In this document: in pieces, positions 33,300 to 44,480 of the stretch
Layout of the letters: each line of letters opens with the position of its first letter
Numbering within the stretch: the stretch's first letter is position 1
Assembly (NCBI GenBank): GCA_963786555.1
Contig: CAWAZO010000008.1
Coordinates: forward strand, 7,751 to 71,750
Source of the DNA: an uncultured Acidobacteriota bacterium
Lineage (GTDB): Bacteria; Acidobacteriota; Terriglobia; Terriglobales; Acidobacteriaceae
DNA: 64,000 nucleotides
Direction: 5' to 3'
The notes under the pieces: model-generated
What the model was told of the DNA's origin: nothing
The model's input: only the letters and a program-made list of their open reading frames with translations
The model's database searches: none
Position numbers and translations under genes: made by a program

Positions 33300-34055
33300 A
33301 TGACCGATATTAAGGTAGCACTCGTGACGGGAGCTGGCAGCGGCATAGGCCGTGCTGTCAGTCTGGCCCTGCAATCGACAGGGTACTCGGTTGTGCTTGC
33401 CGGCCGCCGCGCCGCAGAGCTGGAAAAAACAGCCGCATTGGGGCAAGCCTCCCTGGGGAAAATGCTTCCGGTGCCCACCGATGTCAGCAATCCCGAGAGC
33501 GTGCGGGCTCTTTTTGCCAGGATCAAGCAGACCTTTGGCCGGTTGGACCTGCTGTTCAACAACGCCGGCACAGGCGCCCCTGCCATTTCCATGGAAGACC
33601 TCTCTTATGAACAGTGGAGCACGGTGGTAGGCGTCAACCTCACGGGAGCTTTTCTTTGTGCGCAGGAAGCGATACGCATGATGAAGGCGCAGGATCCGTC
33701 GGGCGGGCGGATCATCAACAATGGCTCGATTTCGGCGCACACGCCGCGGCCCAACTCAGCGCCCTACACCACCACCAAACACGCCATTTTGGGACTCACC
33801 AAGTGCATTTCGCTGGATGGCCGAAAATACGGCATCGCCTGCGGCCAGATCGATATCGGCAATGCGGCGACGGAAATGACCGAGCGCATGAGCGCCGGCG
33901 TCCTGCAAGCGAACGGAACCACTATGGTCGAGCCCAGGATGAATGTTCGCAATGTCGCCGATGCCGTGGTCTTCATGGCAAGCCGGTCCTTCGAAGCTAA
34001 TGTGCAATTTCTCACTGTAATGGCCACGAACATGCCTTTTATCGGTCGCGGGTGA
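33300..34055 (+). CDS. SDR-family NAD(P)-dependent oxidoreductase
   Basis: [16 protein letters not shown]; NNAG; [13 protein letters not shown]. Confidence 0.85.
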   Translation: MTDIKVALVTGAGSGIGRAVSLALQSTGYSVVLAGRRAAELEKTAALGQASLGKMLPVPTDVSNPESVRALFARIKQTFGRLDLLFNNAGTGAPAISMEDLSYEQWSTVVGVNLTGAFLCAQEAIRMMKAQDPSGGRIINNGSISAHTPRPNSAPYTTTKHAILGLTKCISLDGRKYGIACGQIDIGNAATEMTERMSAGVLQANGTTMVEPRMNVRNVADAVVFMASRSFEANVQFLTVMATNMPFIGRG

Positions 34056-34097
34056 ACTGAAAATCCTGTTACATCGTTCCGCCCAGAGCGCGGTTTC

Positions 34098-34194
34098 AGC
34101 CGGGGTCCCCGACCAGCCTGCTGTTGGGCTGGTTGGGGTGAAAGCCGGGGTCCCCGACCAGCCTGCTGTTGGGCTGGTTGGGGTGAAAGCCGGG
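34098..34194. repeat. 45-nt GC-rich hairpin unit in tandem (2 full copies plus a 7-nt start of a third)
   Basis: agccggggtccccgaccagcctgctgttgggctggttggggtgaa at 34098-34142 and 34143-34187. Each unit forms the stem ccccgaccagcc / ggctggttgggg with loop tgctgttg. Confidence 0.9.
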
Positions 34195-34445
34195 TGAGGC
34201 AAAGAGTAAGCAGACGGTTTCCGCCGGCTCTTTGCCTCGGACTTCTGGAGCCAACTCTCGACATCGAAGCGTCCGCCCGGGGCTTGTCCGGAAGCAAAAT
34301 TTCAGGTGGAATATGCAATATTTACGGAGACAGAGGTACTGCTTCTCTGTTATTTATGTTCCAAGCCCGAAGTGGCCGTAGTGATGTGTAGCCCGCCATC
34401 TCTCGTGCGTCTCGGGGACTCTCTCTGTAGAAAACTGGAGACTAG

Positions 34446-35078
34446 ATGAAGATTTCAAGATCTCGTTTGCTGGTCTGCGCCCTTTCTCTGCTCGTATTGC
34501 TGTTCTGCGTCAGTGCCGTTGCTCAGACCGAAATTCCACAAGCCCAGGTCACAGGCAGCTATTCGTACCTGAATACCTCCAAGAACAGCATCAACCAGCG
34601 CGGATTTGAGATCTCGTCGGGTTACAACTGGCTCAAGTGGTTGACCCTCGGCGCCGATTTTTGCCACTATTCCGGCGACGGCCATCAAATGCAAGCCCTT
34701 CCTGTGGTTGGGAACACCGATATTCCCTTTAACGCCGAGACGTACACCGTAGCGGTCGGCACGAAATTCCTCTTGCGCAAGAATAAGTGGGTTGCTCCCT
34801 TTGTGCGCCCCGGTCTGGGATTGGTCCACGAGTCGCTGCTCACGGTGCAGCCTGCGGGAATTCCTAGTCAAATGCTTCCCATTGGGGGGCAGTCCAAAGC
34901 CGAATACAGGATTTTCTACGGCGCAGGCGGCGGCTTCGAAGTTTTCCACGTCGTGCCGCATGCTTCGATTGTGGTGCTCGCCGACTATCTCCGTACGCGT
35001 CTTTTCGCCGAAGACCTCAACAGTTACCGCATTTCGGCTGGGCTGAGTTGGCATATCGGCAGCAAACAGGTGAATTAA
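34446..35078 (+). CDS. Small outer-membrane beta-barrel protein
   Basis: Signal peptide MKISRSRLLVCALSLLVLLFCVSAVAQ. Alternating aromatic/hydrophobic strands. C-terminal ...YRISAGLSWHIG. Confidence 0.6.
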   Translation: MKISRSRLLVCALSLLVLLFCVSAVAQTEIPQAQVTGSYSYLNTSKNSINQRGFEISSGYNWLKWLTLGADFCHYSGDGHQMQALPVVGNTDIPFNAETYTVAVGTKFLLRKNKWVAPFVRPGLGLVHESLLTVQPAGIPSQMLPIGGQSKAEYRIFYGAGGGFEVFHVVPHASIVVLADYLRTRLFAEDLNSYRISAGLSWHIGSKQVN

Positions 35079-35157
35079 TTTCCGCAAATCAGAGCTGAAA
35101 AGGCCCTACGGTGGCGTTCCGCAGAATTCCATTCAGGGCTGGAATTCCATAATGCTG

Positions 35158-35187
35158 GGTAGCTCCACACTCAGGTGTGGAGCTACC
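35158..35187. other. Perfect 13-bp stem hairpin after the OMP gene, no U-tract
   Basis: ggtagctccacac-tcag-gtgtggagctacc. Preceded by gaattcca/tggaattc at about 35124-35148. Confidence 0.6.
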
Positions 35188-35510
35188 AACCTCCAGCGCA
35201 TGTGTCCGCCCCTCGCCTATTTCCGCCGCCTGCCTGGGAAGAGCCGCAGGAATCCGCTTCCGAGCTGGACTGCCGTACGTATCCACCTGAAAGACAAATA
35301 GTTATTCGAGCAGCACGTCGCGACGCCGAAAGCATCTAAATTCCAGCGGCATTCCGTCGGCACTCGAAATCGGTTGAGACCGGCGCAACTGTGGCCGGAC
35401 AACGACTAGAATTATGGATTAAGGTCGCAGCCGGATGAAGGCCGCGGGTTGGGTAGCGCACCATTCTTGTTGGCGTCAGGGTTTGCAACATCCGAGGGAG
35501 AAGTGTATCC

Positions 35511-36570
35511 ATGAGGTCCCCCAAGCTTTGGATTCTCGCGCTCGCGGTCATGCTTGCGCCGTCACTGGCGGCACGCGCCGCCGATGCAGCGAAGGCCAGC
35601 ACCGCGGATTCGTCCGAGACGAAATATCACGACGGCAGCATCAAGGACCTCAGCGCGATCGGAAACCGTAATGTGGGTTGCGGCCGAGGCGTGGGCAACT
35701 GGTACTCCATCGAAAAGCAAATTGCGTTAGGAAGGGGTTATGCCGACCAGATCAACCGGACGGCGAAGATGGTGCAGGACCCGGTGGTTACCGAGTATGT
35801 GAACCGCATCGGACAGAATATTGTTCGTAACTCCGATGCGCAGGTTCCTTTCACCATCAAGGTCATCGACTCCGATGAGGTCAACGCATTTGCGCTTCCC
35901 GGCGGCTTCTTCTTCGTGAACTCGGGCTTGATCCTCGCCGCCGACAACGAATCGGAGCTGGCCGGCGTGATGGCGCACGAGATTGCTCACGTTTGCGCCT
36001 GCCATGCGGCCCGCGGCGCCACCCGCGGACAGCTCGCGAATCTGGCGGCCATCCCGCTCATCTTTGTTGGCGGCGGCCTCGGCTACGCGGTTTCGGGCGT
36101 CGCCGGTATCGGACTGCCGGTGGCGTTTCTGAAGTTCTCGCGCGGATTCGAGGCTCAGGCCGACTACCTCGGCGTGGAGTATCTCTACAAGAGCGGCTAC
36201 GATCCGCAGTCTTTCGTGCAGTTCTTCGAGAAGATTGAAGCGATGGAAAAGAAGAAGCCCGGCTTGCTTCGATAAGACCTTCGAAAACCATCCGCCCACT
36301 CCTGATCGCATCGAGAAAACCCAAGAAGAAATCGGACAGATTCTCCCGGATCGTAACCAGTATCTGCTCGATACATCGGAGTTTCAGTCGGTGAAATTGC
36401 GCTTGGCTCAACTGCAAAACCGGCGCAAGATCGATGACAAGAAGGAGCGCCGTCCCGCACTTCGCCGCGGACAGCCGAGCGGCAACACGAACAACAGCGA
36501 TCAGAATCAGAAGGATCAGAATCAAAAGAAGGATGACGATCAGCCGACGCTGCATCGTCACGACAGCTAG
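35511..36570 (+). CDS. Secreted M48-family Zn metallopeptidase; one frame break near 36265
   Basis: Signal peptide. NAFALPGGFFFVNSGL; HEIAHV; EAQADYLGVEYL. Continues in ORF 36235..36570 (TFENHPPTPDRIEKTQEEI). Confidence 0.8.
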
Positions 36571-36871
36571 ACCAGAGTCGCGGAAGGTATCTCCGCGAAG
36601 ATAGCCGGGCTTCCACGCCCGGCGGTGATGTTGAGGAACTCTCGGATTCCAGAATTGGTCGTCCCTGAAGTCGGGCGCGCAAAACGCTAAAGTCCCCCCA
36701 ACTGTCCTCCCAAGCCCGGCTCCGCTCCGGGAATCCCTTTTCATCGGATCGAAATCAGGCCATCGTTGCGGCTTCGTTTCGACCTGAACTCATCGCGCCG
36801 CCGCAGCGGGCTTAAATGGTTTAAATTGATAGCGGATTATCAGGCGTGTATTCGCGTTGGGGAGAAGAAAA

Positions 36872-37816
36872 ATGCGATTTGCGGTGATAGGGGCGGGAGC
36901 GGTTGGCGGCTACTTCGGCGGCAGACTGGCGCAGTCAGGAGAAGACGTCTGGTTCCTGGCGCGGGGCCGCACCCTGGAAGCCTTGCGGCAGCATGGGCTG
37001 AAAGTGGATAGCACAAAAGGTGATTTTGTGCTGCCCAGTGTTCGAGTTTCAGAACAGCCGAACGAGGTCGGGCCGGTCGATGTGGTGCTGGTTGCCGTCA
37101 AGGCCGGGCAAGTTGCGGAACTGGCTCCCATGCTGAAACCCCTCGTCGGCCCGCAAACCATGGTGGTTCCGTTACAGAACGGGATTGAGGCCCCGGAGGA
37201 GTTGTCGCGGATGGTGGGCAGCGACAAGGTCCTGGTTGGGCTCTGCGGCCTGATGAGCACGATCGTCGAGCCGGGACATATCCGGCATTTCGGTCTTGAG
37301 CCTTTCATCGCGTTCAAAGAACAGAACAACTCCCGCACGCCAAGGCTCGAACCGCTGCGAGCGGCCATCGCCAAGGCCGGCATCCAGGCCGTCATTCCAG
37401 AAGATATCTACGTCAGGTTTTGGCTCAAGTTCTTCTTTATAACCGCGTTTGGGGGAGTCGCCAGCGTCACCAGATCGCCGGCAGGCATCGTGCGCCAGAC
37501 GCCGGCCACCCGGCAGTTGCTATACCGGACAATCCAGGAAATCGACGCCCTGGCCAAAGCGAAGGGCGTAAAGATGCCGGCCAGCGCCGTGGATGACACC
37601 ATGGGCATCGTCGATGGCTTGCCTCCGGGCGGCACAACCTCCATGCAGCGGGATATTCTGGAAGGGCGTCCCTCCGAGCTGGAGTCGCTGTGCGGGGCGG
37701 TCGCTCGCATCGGCAAGGAGCTAGGGCTCGATTTGCCGGTCAACACCGCCATCTACGCTGCTCTCCTGCCTTCCGAGCTGCGGGCCAGGGGCGAGCTGAA
37801 GTTCGACAGGATGTAG
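36872..37816 (+). CDS. panE: 2-dehydropantoate 2-reductase (ApbA/PanE family)
   Basis: MRFAVIGAGAVGGYFGGRLA; ...TSMQRDILEGRPSELE. Confidence 0.8.
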   Translation: MRFAVIGAGAVGGYFGGRLAQSGEDVWFLARGRTLEALRQHGLKVDSTKGDFVLPSVRVSEQPNEVGPVDVVLVAVKAGQVAELAPMLKPLVGPQTMVVPLQNGIEAPEELSRMVGSDKVLVGLCGLMSTIVEPGHIRHFGLEPFIAFKEQNNSRTPRLEPLRAAIAKAGIQAVIPEDIYVRFWLKFFFITAFGGVASVTRSPAGIVRQTPATRQLLYRTIQEIDALAKAKGVKMPASAVDDTMGIVDGLPPGGTTSMQRDILEGRPSELESLCGAVARIGKELGLDLPVNTAIYAALLPSELRARGELKFDRM

Positions 37817-37892
37817 GGATTGCGCGTATCCGATCCGCCGTCGATTATCCCGTCGATTCATGGAGAGGTCGATGATGGAGAGGAGTCGCCAT

Positions 37893-38637
37893 TCAGAGAG
37901 CGCGGCATCTTCTCCAGGGCCTCGTTCCAGCGGTACGTCGGCTTCGGGCGGCAGCGCGGAGAGCCGACTTGCGCCGCTCGCGTTTCGCCGCATAGAAAAG
38001 CCAAATCAAAACCGCCAAGTTATAGGCGAGCGGGCGGAGCAGGACATAGCCCGGAGTGCTTCCATCTCCCAGATAACTCCGCATCAGCGAAACTGCAAGC
38101 TGCACGCTCGCCATCACCCCGAAGCCCAGTGCAATTCCGAATGCCAACTGTCCCCAGCCCAGCACCAGCATCCGCGACATCACGAACAGAGTTGCCAGCA
38201 CCCCCAACTGAATGATCATCGAGCTGGTATCGAGCGTCAGCAGACCTGCGACGGTGCGGTCCGTCTCGTTGCCGGGCGCCAGCAGCGCGGTCCCGAATGC
38301 CACCGCCACCAGGATCAGAACGGCACAGCGGTAGATCTGGTTGGCCCGTTTTTTCAGGATCGAATATTCGCGCAACACCGCGCCGAATACTTCCTGAATG
38401 ACGGCGATCACCAGCAGGAAATCGAACGCTTGCATAATCCAGAACGCATAGAAATAGAGCGCATGGGAATGGAAGTAGCAATAAAGCTCAATCGGCAACT
38501 GCACTATATGGAAGAAGACATAGGCCCGAAAAGACGGGAAAGTCGGTCGAAAGCTTGCGCCGCGACATAAACAGCGCGATCAAGCACTGGCCTACTGCGG
38601 GCGCGATCCATAGCACGTACTGGTGCCACAAAAGCAT
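37893..38637 (-). CDS. Hypothetical polytopic membrane protein; one frame break near 38530
   Basis: ATG at 38637 gives MLLWHQYVLWIAPAVGQCLIALFMSRRK...FPVF, then ORF 37893..38504 continues with 5-6 further hydrophobic helices. Confidence 0.45.
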
Positions 38638-38652
38638 AGCTGCCGGGTAGGG

Positions 38653-38841
38653 TCAGCATACCCGCAAACCCGGCAGCGAGCAAATGCAGAAGCGCAGCCT
38701 TACCTGCCGAGCGGCGGCGGTCCGCCGCTTCCGTCTGGCTGAACGACGCCGGTGGAGGGAGTTGTGGTGGTGCCGGTCGGTCGACGTTGCAGTGCCGATG
38801 AAGGACGAGAACGCGAGAATCAGACTAAGCAGAGTTGCCAA
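38653..38841 (-). CDS. Possible small membrane-anchored basic protein
   Basis: aaaggag about 9 nt before TTG. MATLLSLILAFSSFIGTA hydrophobic N-terminus then an Arg/His-rich tail. Stops 16 nt before the next gene. May be frame-broken. Confidence 0.25.
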   Translation of the reverse strand: MATLLSLILAFSSFIGTATSTDRHHHNSLHRRRSARRKRRTAAARQVRLRFCICSLPGLRVC

Positions 38842-39233
38842 GGGGAAGACTCCTTTCAGAATTCAGTAAAGTCATGCAGCGTAACTGGTAACGACAATGC
38901 CTGTTGCGGCGGGAAGTGCGATAACTATTTAGATTTTGTTCAAGTTTCCGAACTTAGAACAAGAAATTTCGCCTCTATCCGGCCGAAGCTCTGAGCGTCT
39001 TGTGGTCAGCACAGCCAGGCCGCATATGGGATACTGCAACTCGGGAGTCGGCACCAGCCCGGATTTGCGGAAAGTGTGCCCGGCAGAGAAGCGCCGTACG
39101 TGGACTCTCGCAAACGTCGAAAGCGGCCATTCCCGAACTGGTCCCGGAGTACTCGGCGAGGAATTGTGAAAGTTTGGTTGAATCGACGATCAGAAGGGCT
39201 GTATCTTCAACAATTCGCAAGTAGAATTAAGGC

Positions 39234-39926
39234 GTGAAGCCTATCATCTTCGTCATGGAGGATGAAGCCGACATAGCTCACCTCCTCCGGCATCACCTTG
39301 AAGGCGCGGGGTTTCAGGTGCGCCTTTTTTCGACTGCGAACAACGTACTCGCCGAAGCCGAGAAGCAGAAACCCTTGTTGTTCCTGCTGGACGTCATGGT
39401 TCCCGGCGGCGACGGCTTTGACCTGTGCCGCCAGATACGGGCAAAGCAGGCGCTTGCCATGACTCCGGTCATTTTTCTGACGGCAAAGACCGGGGAACCC
39501 GACCGCGTACTTGGCTTTGAGCTCGGTGCCGACGACTATATTTCCAAGCCGTTCAGCCCCCGCGAAGTCGTGGCCCGCGTCAAGGCCGTGCTGCGCCGAT
39601 TTGAGCGGCCGCTGGCGCCGGAAGTGGTACAGTTTGAAGACCTTGAGATCGATAGCGGCGCCATGACGCTGACGGTTCGCGGCGAGTCGGTGCCGACCAC
39701 CGCGACCGAATTCCGGCTCTTGGATTACCTGGCGCGCCATCCCGGAAGAGTATTTACCCGCGATCAGTTACTGGATGCGGTTTGGCGCGAAACCGCCTTT
39801 GTTACTCCGCGCTCGGTCGATGTTTATGTGCGCCGTCTCCGCGAAAAGATCGAAAAGGATCCCGAGCAGCCGCAGTATTTGCGAACCGTCCGCGGAGCGG
39901 GGTACCGCTTCGGTGCGGCTAAGTGA
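39234..39926 (+). CDS. phoB: OmpR/PhoB-family response regulator
   Basis: IIFVMEDEADIAHLL...LLDVMVPGGDGFDL...ADDYISKPFSPREV; winged helix TATEFRLLDYLARHPGRVFTRDQLL...YLRTVRGAGYRF. Heads the Pho cluster. Confidence 0.8.
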   Translation: MKPIIFVMEDEADIAHLLRHHLEGAGFQVRLFSTANNVLAEAEKQKPLLFLLDVMVPGGDGFDLCRQIRAKQALAMTPVIFLTAKTGEPDRVLGFELGADDYISKPFSPREVVARVKAVLRRFERPLAPEVVQFEDLEIDSGAMTLTVRGESVPTTATEFRLLDYLARHPGRVFTRDQLLDAVWRETAFVTPRSVDVYVRRLREKIEKDPEQPQYLRTVRGAGYRFGAAK

Positions 39927-41646
39927 AACAACGGATTCTTCATTAAGCTTCTTTTCGCGTTTCTGTTGGTCATCGTGGTGGCGACGGTTACGCTCGACCT
40001 GCTGGTGCGCAGGTCGTGGGAGAATTCGCTGCGCCGCGAAACCGAAGCGGCTCTGCGGCAGAAAGTGGCGATGTTTGCCGACCGGGTGAATCACGAGCGC
40101 CAGATTTCTCCGCAGAAACTCGTCGAGTTCGTCAGCCAGCAGGCAGCCGCTCGCGCCACCATCATCGACCCGCAAGGCAAGGTGATCGCGGACTCCAGCG
40201 CCGAGCCGGACGCGATGGAGAACCATGCCCAGCGTCCCGAATTCCACGCGGCCCTGCAAGGCGGAGTGGGGACTGACACGCGCAAAAGCGCGACCGTCGG
40301 AGTCGAATATCTTTATGTCGCCGCGCCGGTGAACGGTGGCGCCGTACGGCTGGCCTATCCGCTGCAAGCCATCCAGCAGGCGCGGCGGCAGAATCCGCTA
40401 CGAGTTGCTGTTCAGCTCGTTACTGGCTTTTCTGGTGGCGATGGTTGTGGCTGCGCTCTATGCGCGCTCGGTCAGCACGCGCTTGCGGCGCATCGTGGGT
40501 TTCGCGGCGCAAGTCGCGCAGGGCGACCTTTCGGCGCGGCTGGACGAGAATTCCGCCGACGAAATCGGCGCCGTTGCGCATTCGCTGGACGCTACCACGA
40601 AGAAGTTGCAGGAAAACTTCGAAGCCCTGCAGACCAGTCGCGACCAACTGGAAACGCTGCTGAATAGCATGCAGGAGGCGGTGGTGGCGGTGAACCGCGA
40701 AGGCCGGGTGCAATGGGCGAACCGGCGGATGGAAAAGCTGCTGCCCACCGGCGTCCGGCCCAACGCCGCGGTCGTCGAGACGATTCGAGAACCGAATTTC
40801 CTTGCCACCATCCAGACTGCGCTTCGCGATCGATCGGTTTCCACCCAGCGCGCCTCTTCCATCGTGCCCGGCAAGATCTTTAATGTGACGGCCGCGCCCA
40901 TGGCCGGCGGAGGCGCCGTCGCGGTGTTGCACGACCTGACCGAGGTCGAACGCGTCGAGAAGACCCGCCGCGACTTCATCGCCAACGTTTCGCACGAGCT
41001 GCGGACGCCGCTGACCAACGTGCAGGGATACGCCGAAACGCTGCTGGAAAGCGCGGGAGAAGATGGCCCCAGCCGCGAGTTCCTGGAGATCATTCGCAAG
41101 AATGCCGCGCGCATGACGCGGATTACCGAGGACCTGCTGATTCTTGCCAAGGTCGAGTCGGGCGAGCAGAAGCTCGATCTCCATCCGGTCTCACCCGCCA
41201 TGCTGCTCGAGGATGCCGCCGAGAACTTCCGCGAGAACGAACTCAGCGGAACCATGGAACTGATCGTTCAGAATCATGCCGCGCAGTGCGTATCCGCCGA
41301 CCGCAACGCCATTTTTCAGGTCTTCCGCAACCTGATCGATAACGCGCTAAAATATGCCGCGTCGGGCGGGCGGCTGGAAATCGGCGCGCGCGATGTGGAA
41401 GGCGCGGTCGAATTCTTTGTGCATGACTACGGCCCGGGAATCGCCTCGGAGCATCTGCCCCGGCTGTTCGAGCGTTTTTACCGGGTGGACAAGGCGCGCT
41501 CTCGCGAGAGCGGCGGCACTGGACTGGGATTGGCAATCGCCAAGCACATCGTCCGCGTACACGGCGGCGCGATCTGGGCCGAAAGCGAATTGAACCACGG
41601 CAGCATCTTCTTTTTCACTTTGCCGGCGGCGACCGATGTTTCATAA
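39923..41646 (+). CDS. phoR: PhoR-like sensor histidine kinase; two frame breaks (about 39935 and 40385)
   Basis: GTGA overlap with phoB. TM KLLFAFLLVIVVATV, periplasmic part, second TM LLFSSLLAFLVAMVVAAL, HAMP, PAS, H-box [33 protein letters not shown]. Confidence 0.8.
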
Positions 41647-41782
41647 TTTTGATCGAGGTTTCATGCAGCGCGTTCACCGGGCGTAAACACTTTTTCGGTA
41701 TAGTTAAGCTTCGGCCCCGCGAGACGCGCGAGCGTTGCGTAGCGGGGACTCCAGCCTCAGGCGCAGGCATCGCGGAGACAGC

Positions 41783-42503
41783 ATGGCCACCTCTTCCTCA
41801 AATCACCACGCCGATATCTCGCAAGTCACCGATTTGACGCTGGATGCGTTTCGCTTGGCCCGTTCCGGGGCCAAGGCTGCCGCGGAGGCAATTGCCACCG
41901 GCTCCGAAGAAGCCTTGAAAGCGTTGCGAAGCTGCGAGATCAGTCTCGATGGGATTGACCGCGACGTCGATGATTTCTCCACCTCGATCATTACGCGCGT
42001 GAGTGAAAGCGATGCGCGGGAGTTGCTGGCCTGCATGAAGTTCGTGGTCGCTCTGGAACGCATCGGCGACCTGCTGCTGAGCTTTGGCAACCGCGTCGAG
42101 TCGGTTGGGCTCGCGCCTGGCGGTGGAAGACAAAAAAGCGCTGGAGTCGATGGCAACGCGCCTGGAGAGCATGCTGGGCGAGGCCGACAGCGCATACCGC
42201 GAGCGCAACCTGGATCGCGCCGTAGCCGTGTTGCGCTCCGACGCCGAGATGGACCGTCTCCGCAACCTGATTTTTCTGCATCATCTCGAAACCAATCGCG
42301 AGCAAAGGCGCCCGGAGAGTTTCCATGTGCTGTTTATGGCGCAGGGATTGGAGCGCGCCGGCGACCACGCCAAGAACATCGCCGAAGAGGTCTGCCACCT
42401 GGTGAGCGGAAGGACGGTGCGGCATGTTCTGCGCAGCTACGATATACCCGACGAAAAGCTTTTCATCGAACACCTGCGTGCGCAGCATCGGGAAAGACAG
42501 TAA
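41783..42503 (+). CDS. PhoU-domain protein (second, divergent PhoU paralog); one frame break near 42105
   Basis: CMKFVVALERIGDLLLSFGNRVES then RLAVEDKKALESMATRLESML...FMAQGLERAGDHAKNIAEEV. This is the two-repeat PhoU architecture. Confidence 0.7.
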
Positions 42504-42618
42504 CCGGCCAGAACCGCATCTCTTTGACCCCGTTCGGCCCAAGATGGTGCCACGGGCGAATGGGTTGCGCTGATTCTGCCCGTGGCGACACAACCGTGAT
42601 TGGCCGAAATTCATTCAT

Positions 42619-42640
42619 CTGTAACAACTTTGTAGTACTT
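42619..42640 (+). promoter_or_regulatory. Candidate Pho box upstream of pstS
   Basis: cTGTAACAacttTGTAGTActt: 7-nt direct repeats with 11-bp period, 60-80 nt upstream of GTG 42698. Confidence 0.35.
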
Positions 42641-42697
42641 AGGAAGTTTAAGGACCAGGAATAGAAGCTCGAATCGAGCTGAAACCAGGAGGATGGA

Positions 42698-43705
42698 GTG
42701 AATCGTTTTCTCAAAGTCGCATTGTGCGTTGCGCTTTTCAGCATTTGCGCCGTGGCGCAGGTGAACCTAAACGGCGCCGGTGCTACGTTCCCATATCCGA
42801 TGTACTCGAAATGGTTTAGCGAATTCCACAAAGCAAATCCCAACATTCAGATCAACTATCAATCCATCGGCAGCGGCGGCGGCATTCGTCAACTGCTGGA
42901 AGGAACGGTCGATTTCGGAGCCAGCGACGGGCCGATGACGGACGAACAGCTGGCGAGAAGCCAAAGTAAAGATTCTTCATGTGCCGACCGTGCTCGGCTC
43001 GGTTGTTCCCGCCTATAACATTCCTGGCGTTTCCCAGGAGCTGAAATTTACTCCCGATGTTCTGGCCGGCATTTTCCTCGGCAAGATCAAGAACTGGAAT
43101 GATCCCGCGATCGCGAAGGCGAATCCTGGCGTTAAGTTCCCCAACCAGGAGATCGTGGTTGCCCATCGTTCCGATGGCAGCGGCACGACTTACGTATTTA
43201 CCGACTATCTTTCCAAGGTCAGCCCCGAATGGCAAAAAGACCGTGGGCAAGGGCACGAGCGTAAAGTGGCCCACCGGAATCGGCGGCAAGGGAAACGAAG
43301 GAGTCGCCGGAACGATTCGTCCAGATCCAGGGTTCGATCGGCTACATCGAGTTGATCTACGCGGTACAGAACAAGATCCCATTCGGGACCGTGCAGAATT
43401 CCGCAGGCAATTTTGTGAAGGCCTCGCTGGAGTCTACGACGGCGGCTGCGGCCTCGGCTAAAATGCCGGCCGATTTCCGTGTTTCCATCACCAATGCTCC
43501 CGGCAAGAACGCCTACCCGATTGCCAGCTTTACCTGGCTGCTGGTGCCGGTGCAGTCCAAAGATCCTGCCAAGGGTAAGGTTCTGAAAGACTTTTTAACC
43601 TGGATGCTGGACAAGGGCGAGCCCATGACCGGATCATTGACGTACGCTCCGCTGCCCACCGCGGTGAGCAAAATGGTGCGCGCGGAAATTCAGCAAATCC
43701 ACTAG
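42698..43705 (+). CDS. pstS: Phosphate ABC transporter substrate-binding protein; three frame breaks (about 42952, 43234-43238, 43330)
   Basis: aggagga RBS. Signal peptide. [16 protein letters not shown]; [10 protein letters not shown]; then [20 protein letters not shown]; then [26 protein letters not shown]; then [14 protein letters not shown]...[10 protein letters not shown] in successive +1 frames. Confidence 0.85.
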
Positions 43706-43981
43706 CTGGCTGCTGGAGAAAGCGCCGAAGCAACAAGCGAGCGCCAGTGGGATGTGTGCTCTACGAACTCGTTTAACAAGGCCTTGTGGGCTGGGTCAAT
43801 TGCAGAACTGTTTTTCAGCAGCCTGCTGGAGCAGTTTAGGAATGAGTGTATGCCGCGTTCCTCGCCGGGCTGAAACGCCCGGCTGCTTCAACGGCTGCAC
43901 CCTTTTGCTAAACAGATCTGGCTTTGGAGGAGCGGCTCTGCTAACTTCAAAGACACACAACGAGTCTTTGGAGTTATAAAA

Positions 43982-44343
43982 ATGAGGAGATTTTTAGCCG
44001 GGGCGCTGACCATCGTGCTTTGCTGCTCGACTTGGCTGGCCGCCGCCGATACGGAAAAGAAAGAACCTGCTCGCAAGCAGGCCACGGCCAGTTCGGCTCA
44101 AGCAATTGCGGCAGATGCAGACTCAGTTGAAGAAACAGCAGGAGCAGATTAATAAGCTGCTAATGCAGTTGCAACAGAGTCACCAGGCGTTGCAGCAGGC
44201 GCAACAGAAGCTCCAGGTGGGCGCGCAGCAAGCGGGACAGCAGGCGCAGACGGCGCGAGCAGAAGGCCAATAGCCTGAACGAGCAGTTAACGGGAATGCA
44301 GGCGACTCCTGGCAACGTCGATCAGAAACCGCAAGCCAAGTAG
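43982..44343 (+). CDS. Small secreted Gln-rich coiled-coil protein; two frame breaks
   Basis: MRRFLAGALTIVLCCSTWLAAADTEKKEP..., then KQLRQMQTQLKKQQEQINKLLMQLQQSHQALQQAQQKLQ..., then KANSLNEQLTGMQATPGNVDQKPQAK in successive +1 frames. The pieces are too short for the ORF track. Confidence 0.45.
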
Positions 44344-44412
44344 TCGGCGGGCCGGATAGCTGAGCCTTAGCATTCAAGTTACTGGCAATGGATTCAATGG
44401 GTTAGAATGTTT

Positions 44413-44442
44413 AGCTGCCGGTTCAGGCCGGCAGCTTTTTTA
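44413..44442 (+). terminator. Rho-independent terminator
   Basis: agctgccgg-ttcagg-ccggcagct followed by ttttttatt. Confidence 0.75.
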
Positions 44443-44480
44443 TTGCGGCGCAATCAATCGCCGGAGGCAGCCGACAAGAC

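Noticed and set aside
34098-34194. Tandem 45-nt repeats considered as a possible mini CRISPR array
   Set aside because: The units are directly adjacent with no spacers, there are only about 2.2 copies, no cas genes are in the window, and the unit belongs to a dispersed hairpin repeat family.
38850-39233. Pho box upstream of phoB (gtaactggtaacg, ttgttcaag...cttagaacaa)
   Set aside because: The repeat spacing is 7 bp, or the sequence is palindromic, rather than the 11-bp direct-repeat geometry seen before pstS and pstC. That is not convincing enough to annotate.
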